The notes beneath the pieces were generated by a model. The model was not told the origin of the DNA. It saw nothing but the letters and a program-made list of their open reading frames with translations, and made no database searches. Of a DNA stretch of 40,713 bases, positions 33,564-40,713 are shown one piece after another. Source of the stretch: a bacterium (GTDB taxonomy: Bacteria; Sysuimicrobiota; Sysuimicrobiia; Sysuimicrobiales; Humicultoraceae); NCBI GenBank assembly GCA_041497675.1, contig JBGQGY010000018.1:1-40713 (forward strand). The letters are read 5' to 3'. Every line of letters starts with the position of its first letter. Position 1 is the stretch's first letter. The position numbers and the translations under genes are program-made.

Positions 33564-35366
33564 GTGACGGTCTCGACCGACGGGTGGATCACGCTCGGCA
33601 TCTTGCTCGCCGCGCTGGCGGCGTTTGCATGGGGCCGCCTGCGGGCCGACGTGATCGCGCTCTCAACGGTTCTGGCGGTGGGACTGACCGGCGTCGCGAC
33701 ACCCAACGCCGCCTTCGCCGGTTTCGGCGATCCCACCGTCGTCACCATTGCGACCCTCTTCGTCCTCAGCGCGGGGCTCGAACGCACCGGCATCGCCTAC
33801 CGGCTGGCACGATGGCTGATGCGCACCGTAGGCATGGGCGAAGTGGTGCTCATCGTCACGTTTATGGTGCTGGCCGGCATCCTGTCCAGCGTGATGTATC
33901 ACATGGCGGCGATGGCGATGCTGCTGCCGGTCGCCCTGGCCATCTGCCGCGAGACCGGTCTGAGTTCGTCGCGGCTGCTCATGCCGCTGGCGATCGGTGC
34001 GCGGTTGGGTGGCGGGCTCACGCTCATCGGCAAGCCCTCAAACTTGATCGTGAGCGGGCTGCTGGTCAAAGCCGGGCACGCGCCGCTCTCGTTCTTCGCG
34101 TTCTTCCCGGTGGGCATCGCCATGCTGGTCGTCGGCGTGATCTTCATGGCCACCTACGGCCGGAAGCTGCTGCCGAACAGGGTGACCGGACGATCCGCGT
34201 CATCGGGGCTGGCGTGGCGGGACCTCCACGAGACATACCAGTTGCCGGAGCGCTTGTTCCGTCTCCGTGTTGACGCCGGCTCGGCCCTAATCGATCAAAC
34301 GTTGGAGCAGGCGTCGTTGGGCGAGGCCTTTGGAATCACCGTGCTCGCCGTGGCGCGTGGCAGGCAACGGATTCACGCCCCGTCGCGCCGCGAAGTGATC
34401 CGCTTGGGGGACATGTTACTTGTGGAGGCGCGCCCCGAGGCGCTCGATCGCCTGGGCCCCAAGGGGTCGGTCAGGATCGAGCCGGAGCCCGGCGCCGAGG
34501 ATGGCTTCTTTACCGAAGATGAGGCGGGGCTCGCGGAAGTCGTGCTCGCGCCCCGCTCGGAGCTGGCCGGCAAGAGCCTGCGCGAACTGGGTTTTCGCGC
34601 GCGCTACTCGCTGAACGTCGTCGCCATCTGGCGCGACGGCCGGTCGCACCGCACGGGATTGGCCGACGTGCCGCTGCAGTTTGGTGACGCACTGCTGGTG
34701 CAGGGTCCACGCGAGCGGATTCGCGAGCTTGGACAGGAACCGGACTTCATCCCGTTAAGCGAGCCTGGGGTGATGCGCACGTCGCGGATGGTCTTCGCCC
34801 TGATCGCCGCGGCGGCGCTCATCATACTCGGGGCCACCGGGATCACACCGATCAGCCTGGCGGCGCTGCTGGCCGCCGGCATCGTGGTGATCGGTGGCTG
34901 CGTCACGGCAGAAGAAGCCTTCAGGGCGGTGGACTGGCCCACGGTGATCGTGACGGGGGGCCTGCTCCCGCTGGGTCTGGCGCTGCAGACCACGGGCGCG
35001 GCCGCGGCGATCGCCGGCGGCCTAGTGTCGCTTGCCGGCCACGGGCCGCTCGCGGCTCTCGTGTTGATCTTCCTGGCGCAGTTCGCGATCGGACAGGTCG
35101 TGCCGGCGGTACCTGCCACGATCCTGATGGGGCCGATCGCGCTCGGCACGGCGACCGCGCTGGGCGCCAACCCCGTACCGTTCATGATCACGGTGGCCTC
35201 CGCGACCTCAGCGACGCTCCTGACCCCGCTGTCCCATCCGATCAGCCTGATGGTCATGGGGCCGGGTGGTTACCGGTTCACCGACTACACGCGGGTCGGC
35301 GCGCCGCTGGCCGCGTTGCTGACGGTGACGCTGCTGGGTATCGTCACGTTGCTCTGGCCGCTCTGA
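33564..35366 (+). CDS. SLC13/CitMHS-type permease with two TrkA-C (RCK_C) domains
   Basis: AFAGFGDP, GLERTG, GG.LTLIG.PSNL, two TrkA_C repeats, VDWP, MVMGPGGYRFTDY.RVGAPL. Confidence 0.92.
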   Translation: MTVSTDGWITLGILLAALAAFAWGRLRADVIALSTVLAVGLTGVATPNAAFAGFGDPTVVTIATLFVLSAGLERTGIAYRLARWLMRTVGMGEVVLIVTFMVLAGILSSVMYHMAAMAMLLPVALAICRETGLSSSRLLMPLAIGARLGGGLTLIGKPSNLIVSGLLVKAGHAPLSFFAFFPVGIAMLVVGVIFMATYGRKLLPNRVTGRSASSGLAWRDLHETYQLPERLFRLRVDAGSALIDQTLEQASLGEAFGITVLAVARGRQRIHAPSRREVIRLGDMLLVEARPEALDRLGPKGSVRIEPEPGAEDGFFTEDEAGLAEVVLAPRSELAGKSLRELGFRARYSLNVVAIWRDGRSHRTGLADVPLQFGDALLVQGPRERIRELGQEPDFIPLSEPGVMRTSRMVFALIAAAALIILGATGITPISLAALLAAGIVVIGGCVTAEEAFRAVDWPTVIVTGGLLPLGLALQTTGAAAAIAGGLVSLAGHGPLAALVLIFLAQFAIGQVVPAVPATILMGPIALGTATALGANPVPFMITVASATSATLLTPLSHPISLMVMGPGGYRFTDYTRVGAPLAALLTVTLLGIVTLLWPL

Positions 35367-35407
35367 CGCAGGGCTCGCCCGCGCGCCCAGAGAAGAACAG
35401 CAGACCC

Positions 35408-36295
35408 ATGCGGCTGGGCGCGCACGTGTCGATCAGCGGCTCGCTCGATCTGGCGGTGGATCGCGCACAAGCGTTGGGCTGCGAGTGCCTGCAGATCTTC
35501 TATGGATCGCCGCGCCAGTGGCGGCTGATCTCCTATAGCGATGAGGTCATTGCGCGGTTCGTGCGGAAACGCCGCGCGGTCCACCTCGATCCCCTGGTTG
35601 CGCACGGCGCCTATCTGGTCAACCTGGCTACGCCGAATCGCGAGTATCGGCGCAGGTCGGTCGCGTCGTTGCTCGCCACTACCCGCGGCGTCGAGCGGCT
35701 CGCGGGTCTTGGTGCCGTCACGCATTTGGGCAGCCGCATGGGCGCGTCCAGACGGGACGCGCTCCGGAGGATCGCCGGGTCAGTGCGAGATATCCTGGCG
35801 CAGACCGACCGGGTGATGGTGCTGTTGGAGAACAGCGCGGGAGCCGGAGGCCTCTTAGGGGCGGCCTTTGAGGATTTTGGCGACATCGTCGACCTGCTCG
35901 GCGGCGAGCCCCGCGTCGGCGTCTGCTTGGATACCGCACACCTCTTCGCAGCCGGTTGGGATCTGCGGCAGCGCGAGGGCGTCGACGCGATGGTCGATGC
36001 GTTCGACCGCGCCGCCGGATGGGAACGGGTCCGGGTGCTGCACCTCAACGACTCGAAAGAGTCGCTCGGCTCGCACCTCGACCGGCACGAAAACATCGGG
36101 GAAGGATATCTGGGTATCGACGGCTTCCGAGCAATCGTGACCCACCCGCTCCTCCGGACGCTGCCCGGGATCATCGAGACGCCGGGGTTCGATCAGCAAG
36201 GACCCGACCGCAAGAACCTGGCGCGGCTGAGGCGGTTGCGCGGTGACCGCGTCCGGCCCGCGCGTCGAGCCGCGGCTCGCAGAGGTGTGTCGTGA
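35408..36295 (+). CDS. nfo: deoxyribonuclease IV (AP endonuclease IV)
   Basis: GAHVSISG, QIF..SPRQW, H.AYLVNL, LLENSAG, CLDTAHLF, HLNDSK, DRHENIGEG, IETP. Confidence 0.95.
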   Translation: MRLGAHVSISGSLDLAVDRAQALGCECLQIFYGSPRQWRLISYSDEVIARFVRKRRAVHLDPLVAHGAYLVNLATPNREYRRRSVASLLATTRGVERLAGLGAVTHLGSRMGASRRDALRRIAGSVRDILAQTDRVMVLLENSAGAGGLLGAAFEDFGDIVDLLGGEPRVGVCLDTAHLFAAGWDLRQREGVDAMVDAFDRAAGWERVRVLHLNDSKESLGSHLDRHENIGEGYLGIDGFRAIVTHPLLRTLPGIIETPGFDQQGPDRKNLARLRRLRGDRVRPARRAAARRGVS

Positions 36296-37146
36296 CCGAC
36301 CGGTACATCGAGGTCATGGGCGCGCGGCTGCGGTACCGCAGCGAGGGCCGGGGCCCCAACGTGTTGTTGGTCCACGGTCTGGGCGCGTCGCTGGAAACCT
36401 GGAACTGGACGATCCCGGCGCTCCGCGATTCGTACGCGACGGTCGCAGTGGACTTTCCCGGGTTTGGACAGTCGGAGGCGCTCGACTTAGCCCTGACACC
36501 CGAAGGCGCCGCCCGGGTCGTGTTGGCCTTCATGGATGCGCTGGACCTGCGCACCACAGCCATCATCGGTTCGTCGCTTGGGGGCGCGATCGCCACCCTG
36601 GCCGCCGGCACGGTCCCTGAGCGATTCACCGCGGTGGTGCTCGCGGACCCCGGCGGCTTCGATACCGGGTTGAGCCCGCTGTTACGCCTGCAAACGATCC
36701 GGGGACTCGGAGAGGCCATCACGTCGCTAGCGAAGTTTGCGCCGCGCCGGACGCTCAGCTTGACGTTCCACAACCCGCGCCGCATCCCCGACGAGTTGGT
36801 CGACGTGACGCGCAAGAATGCGCAGCGCGCGGTGACGGGCCGCACGTACCTGCGCGCGCTCCGGATCGCCGCAACACTGAATGGTGTGAGGCTCGAGCAA
36901 GTCTACAGCGTGCGCCGGGCGGCCGCCAAGATCACTGCGCCGACGCTGGTCGTCTGGGGAGACAAAGACCGGGTCATCCCCCCCGATCAAGGGAAGGTCG
37001 CGGTAGAGACGATTCCCGGCGCCCGGCTGCTGGTGATTCGCGGGGTCGGACACCTGCCGCTCGTCGAGGATGCCGAGGCCTTCAATGGGGCCGTCTTGGC
37101 GTTTCTCTCGCAGGCCCTTCATCCGGCGCCGACGGTCGTCGGGTAA
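36292..37146 (+). CDS. alpha/beta-fold hydrolase
   Basis: LVHGLG, DFPGFGQS, GSSLGG, WGDKDRVIP, GHLP; GTGA overlap with nfo. Confidence 0.92.
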   Translation: MTDRYIEVMGARLRYRSEGRGPNVLLVHGLGASLETWNWTIPALRDSYATVAVDFPGFGQSEALDLALTPEGAARVVLAFMDALDLRTTAIIGSSLGGAIATLAAGTVPERFTAVVLADPGGFDTGLSPLLRLQTIRGLGEAITSLAKFAPRRTLSLTFHNPRRIPDELVDVTRKNAQRAVTGRTYLRALRIAATLNGVRLEQVYSVRRAAAKITAPTLVVWGDKDRVIPPDQGKVAVETIPGARLLVIRGVGHLPLVEDAEAFNGAVLAFLSQALHPAPTVVG

Positions 37147-37388
37147 TGGCCGAGATCGCCTGCGCGTACCACGGCGACCGAGCCGCGCTCGCCTACTGCT
37201 CGGGATGCGGCAAGCCCCTGTGTAACGAGTGCGTCGTGCGAATGACGGCGGGCAACTACTGCGAGTCATGCGCGAATACCCCCGATCACCGGCCGGTGGT
37301 GCGGGTGGCGGGACGTTCGCGGCTATTGTTGTGGATCGGTCTGGCGGTGCTGGCTCTCGGAGGATACATCATCACGCGTCTGCGTTGA
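37146..37388 (+). CDS. small B-box-type zinc-finger protein with a C-terminal TM helix
   Basis: CAYH...CSGCGKPLCNEC...YCESC plus a hydrophobic C-terminus; TAATG overlap with the upstream gene. Confidence 0.8.
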   Translation: MAEIACAYHGDRAALAYCSGCGKPLCNECVVRMTAGNYCESCANTPDHRPVVRVAGRSRLLLWIGLAVLALGGYIITRLR

Positions 37389-37398
37389 GGAGACGACC

Positions 37399-37893
37399 AT
37401 GGCGGCTCAACTCGGCAAGAGGGACAGAGCACTCCGGGACTACCTGGTGTGGGTGATCCGCGAAGGCAACGCGCACGTGCCGTTCGACCGCGCGGTCGCC
37501 AGGATGCCGGCGCGGCTGCGGGGGAAGATTCCTGCGGGGCTCCCGTACTCGGCCTGGATGCTGCTCGAGCACATGCGCATCTGCCAATGGGATATCCTGG
37601 ATTTTTCTCGCAACCCCGGGTACCGGCAAATGAAGTGGCCGGACGCGTACTGGCCGAGGACGGAGGCCCCACCGAGCGCCGCCGCGTGGACGAGGAGCAT
37701 CGCCGCCTTCAAGCGTGACCGGCGGGCGATGGAGCGGCTGGTGGCGAACCCCAAGACCGATCTCTACGCGACGATTCCGTGGGGGCAGGGGCAGACGATC
37801 CTCAGAGAGGCCCTGCTGCTGGCCGACCACAATGCCTATCACGTCGGCCAGTTGATCGTCGTGCGGCGCGTGGTCGGCGCCTGGAAAAATTAG
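37399..37893 (+). CDS. DinB family protein
   Basis: GNAH, PYSAW.LLEHMRICQWDILDF, YWP, LREALLLADHNAYHVGQ; GAGGAG RBS. Confidence 0.88.
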   Translation: MAAQLGKRDRALRDYLVWVIREGNAHVPFDRAVARMPARLRGKIPAGLPYSAWMLLEHMRICQWDILDFSRNPGYRQMKWPDAYWPRTEAPPSAAAWTRSIAAFKRDRRAMERLVANPKTDLYATIPWGQGQTILREALLLADHNAYHVGQLIVVRRVVGAWKN

Positions 37894-39530
37894 CGGATCA
37901 GTTCATGAGGTGTGACGTACCCATCTTGCAGGTCGCGCCGGATCAGCGCGGCGGCACGCGCGGCGGGATCGCCGAATCCACTCCCTCCCGCCGTCTCGAC
38001 CGTAATGACGTCGTCGGGCCCGCGCAACGTCACGAGTTGTGAAATCCCTGACTGATCGCTGACCTGCGCGCCCTGGACGTCGAGACCGACCCCGCGCCCC
38101 TCGCGGCCGCCCTGCAGACCCACCATGGGCGTGGCCTGACCGTGCGGCACGACCTGCATCAGCACCGGGAGTCCGTCGTCGTAGAGTTTGCGGAATCGCA
38201 TCCGCTGGCCGAGCCCGCCGCGGTGCATTCCCGCGCCACCGGAGTCCGTGATCAGCTCCTTGCGTTCCACCAGCAGCGGGGTGCGCTGTTCGAACATCTC
38301 GACGGGCACGTTGCCCGCCGACGTCGGGTACATCAAAGCCGGATTCCCATCGCACGGCGCGGCGCCGCCCTGTCCACCGCCGCCCATGATGTGGTCATTG
38401 AAGAACCGGCCCTGCGCGTCGCGGCCGTAGGCGCTGGCCGAGACCGGCAGCCCCGTGAACGCCTGCACGCGGTCGGGCAGCACGGGCGCCAGCGCGCGGA
38501 AGATCGCCGGTCCGCAGAACCAGCCGGTCATGGTGCGCTGGTTGACGGCCGCGGGATACGAACAGTTGAGAATGCTGCCCTCGGGCGCCCGCACGTGCAG
38601 CGGCCGGAAGCACCCCGCATTGGACGGCACGTCGGGCGTGAGGATGGACTTGAGCGCATAGACCGTGTGCGCGGCCATGTAACTGTACGTACAGTTCAGC
38701 CCGCCCATCGGCTGCTGCAGGGGCGCGCCCTCCCAATCGACGGTCATCTCATCGGCTTCGACGACGACGGCGCACGGCAGCGTGATCGGTTCGCCCAGGC
38801 TCTGGATCTGCACCTGGCTCCGGTAGATGCCGTCGGGCACCGCTCGGATGGCGTCGCGCATTGCGGCCTCGGTCCGGCGCTGCACTTCATCGGCCAGCGG
38901 CTCGAGGCTGGTCATGCCGTATTCGTCCATGAACTCGAGCAGGCGCCGCACGCCGACCTGGTTACTGCCGACCTGCGCCAGAATGTCGCCCCAGACCATC
39001 TGCGGGTTGCGGACATTCGCGCGGATCATGGCCGCCAGGTCGTCGTGGAGCCGTCCGGCCTCGTACAGCTTGAGCGGCGGGAGTTGGAGACCTTCCTCGT
39101 AGATCTCGCGCGCGTGCGCCGAATCCTTCGTCCCGCCAATGTCGGAGAGGTGCGCGATGGATCCGACCAGGCCGGCCAGTACGCCCCGACGATAAACCGG
39201 CGTGACGACGGCCAAATCGAACAGGTGCCCCGCGCAGACCCACGGATCGTTCGTGATGAGCACGTCGCCGTCGGCCAGCGTCTCCGGCGGAAACGCCTTG
39301 AACAGCGCCTCCACGGCTCTGGGCAGGGTGAGGTTGAACACCGGCATCGAGCGCGGCGAGTGCGCGATCGACTGCGCCCGCGCGTCGAGCAACTCACAAC
39401 CGAAATCCTGTGCCTCGCCGATGATGGTGGAGAACGCCGTCCGCCAGATCGTCACCCAACACTCTTCGCTGATGTTGATGAGGCGGCTCCACATGATCTC
39501 GAGCGAGATCGGATCGAACACCGGTGTCAC
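37890..39530 (-). CDS. hydantoinase B / 5-oxoprolinase family subunit
   Basis: DPISLEI, RTAFSTII.E..D, NDPW...GHLFD, HLSDIGG, EEGL.LPP, DSGGAG.HRGG, GGSGFGDP; GTGA overlap with the upstream gene. Confidence 0.93.
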   Translation of the reverse strand: MTPVFDPISLEIMWSRLINISEECWVTIWRTAFSTIIGEAQDFGCELLDARAQSIAHSPRSMPVFNLTLPRAVEALFKAFPPETLADGDVLITNDPWVCAGHLFDLAVVTPVYRRGVLAGLVGSIAHLSDIGGTKDSAHAREIYEEGLQLPPLKLYEAGRLHDDLAAMIRANVRNPQMVWGDILAQVGSNQVGVRRLLEFMDEYGMTSLEPLADEVQRRTEAAMRDAIRAVPDGIYRSQVQIQSLGEPITLPCAVVVEADEMTVDWEGAPLQQPMGGLNCTYSYMAAHTVYALKSILTPDVPSNAGCFRPLHVRAPEGSILNCSYPAAVNQRTMTGWFCGPAIFRALAPVLPDRVQAFTGLPVSASAYGRDAQGRFFNDHIMGGGGQGGAAPCDGNPALMYPTSAGNVPVEMFEQRTPLLVERKELITDSGGAGMHRGGLGQRMRFRKLYDDGLPVLMQVVPHGQATPMVGLQGGREGRGVGLDVQGAQVSDQSGISQLVTLRGPDDVITVETAGGSGFGDPAARAAALIRRDLQDGYVTPHELIR

Positions 39531-40713
39531 TCCCCCTCGCCGGGGGCCGCGGCACTCGTCCGCATGGCCGCCGGTACAGCGCCCCGCGCATCGACCTGAA
39601 TCACGAGGTTCCGCTGTTGATCCACCGTCAGGCGGTCGCCGGGCCACAGCACCGTTGTGGCCTCGGCTTCCTCAAGAATCGCCGGCCCCTGCAGGGTGCT
39701 CCCTTCGGGCACCAGGTATCGCTCGTATACGGGCGCTTCCACAAACCCGGCGTCTGGAACAAACATAAGGCGCGACGGTTTCTGCGCGGCCGCCAGCGAC
39801 GGCTGAGTGGCGAGGCTGCCGCGCACGTCCACGTCCGGCGCGGGGCCCGCGACCAGCACCCGCCAGTTCAGGGCCTGGATCGGATAGTCGGGCAGCGTGC
39901 CCCCGAAGAGCCTGCCGTATTCGGACGCGAATCGCGCACGGATGACCCCCGCGGCATCGCGGTCGAGCGGCCGCGGCACCGGGACCTCAATGTCGTGGAA
40001 CTGACCCGCGTAGCGCATCTCCACGCGGCGGTCGCACCGGGCACGCCCAGGGTCGCCACCGGCCGCCGCTACCATCGCGCGGCCCTGCTCTTCCATTTCA
40101 GTGAACAGGCGCTCGACGGCGCCCCAATCCAGGTCGTCCAGCGCACCCGTCATCGAATGTCCAAAATCGAAGCCCAGGGGCGCCGCCAGCAGGCCGACCG
40201 CGGAAGCCAATCCGGAGGCGGGCGGGATCAGCACTTCCCGCACGCCGAGCAGGCGCGCGACGCGGGCCGCGGTCGCCGGCCCGGCGCCCCCGAATCCCAT
40301 CAGCGCGAACCGCCGAGGGTCCTGCCCGCGCTCGATCAGGTACAGTCGCGCGGCCTGCGCCATGTTCTCGCAGACGATCGAATAGATCCCCCAGGCCGTT
40401 CGCACGGCGTCAAGCCCGAGGGAGGCGCCCGCGCGCGCGAGCGCGGCTCGCGCGGCCGCGACATCCAACCGCATCGTGCCGCCGAGAAACGCGTTGGGAT
40501 CGAAGTAGCCCAGCGCCACACACGCGTCGGTGACCGTCGCCTCACCACCGCCAAAACCGTAGCAGGCCGGGCCGGGGTCGGCTCCGGCGCTGTGCGGCCC
40601 CACCCGCAGCAGTCCCATCGCATCGACCGACGCGATCGACCCACCGCCGGCGCCGATTTCGATCATGTCCACCACCGGCGCGACGACCGGCAACCCCGAG
40701 CCCTTCTTGAACC
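39527..40713 (-). CDS. hydantoinase A / 5-oxoprolinase family subunit, C-terminal part (gene starts beyond the window)
   Basis: IEIGAGGGSIA, VGPHSAGADPGPACYG, TVTDA, FGGAGP, MRYAGQ, GPAILEE..ATT; frame is open to the window edge. Confidence 0.94.
   Translation of the reverse strand, partial: FKKGSGLPVVAPVVDMIEIGAGGGSIASVDAMGLLRVGPHSAGADPGPACYGFGGGEATVTDACVALGYFDPNAFLGGTMRLDVAAARAALARAGASLGLDAVRTAWGIYSIVCENMAQAARLYLIERGQDPRRFALMGFGGAGPATAARVARLLGVREVLIPPASGLASAVGLLAAPLGFDFGHSMTGALDDLDWGAVERLFTEMEEQGRAMVAAAGGDPGRARCDRRVEMRYAGQFHDIEVPVPRPLDRDAAGVIRARFASEYGRLFGGTLPDYPIQALNWRVLVAGPAPDVDVRGSLATQPSLAAAQKPSRLMFVPDAGFVEAPVYERYLVPEGSTLQGPAILEEAEATTVLWPGDRLTVDQQRNLVIQVDARGAVPAAMRTSAAAPGEGE

Noticed and set aside
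1..40713. tRNA (including selC), rRNA, IS elements, integrases, prophage genes
   Set aside because: None recognised. Intergenic gaps are short and explained by promoters or terminators. Sec machinery, if present, must lie outside this window.

Overview
GC-rich bacterial chromosome segment, densely coding (about 43 CDS), with no rRNA, tRNA, CRISPR array, integrase or transposase that I can support. A probable outer-membrane beta-barrel gene suggests a diderm organism. Contents: the 3' end of tam; two MDR-family dehydrogenases; a PAS hybrid kinase/HD-GYP pair; plsC and terC; a FadR-led three-subunit 2-oxoacid:ferredoxin oxidoreductase operon with the oxalate-oxidoreductase YPIRP signature; a LipJ-like hydrolase-cyclase; a VapBC-type toxin-antitoxin pair; a GntR-ddl-dapF operon; an SDR/MaoC pair; a cyclase-STAND-TPR protein converging on a CRP regulator; transporters; nfo; and a hydantoinase/oxoprolinase pair. 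Main finding: two ORF-track fragments (18260-18544 and 17795-18166, minus strand) are one 249-codon CTP-synthase-glutaminase-like gene. Its catalytic Cys codon is an in-frame UGA (GT-U-GGFQH), followed 11 nt later by a 9-bp GGU-loop hairpin that fits a bacterial SECIS. This is a candidate selenoprotein, and it has also lost the His/Glu of the catalytic triad. Second: a 71-aa secreted peptide with three (L/M)PADVRSA repeats, its own RBS and terminator, resembling a multi-copy signalling or RiPP precursor. Also notable: a DapF with both catalytic Cys replaced by Ser, and an oxalate-oxidoreductase-like enzyme with an altered switch loop. All family assignments come from motif recognition, not database searches.
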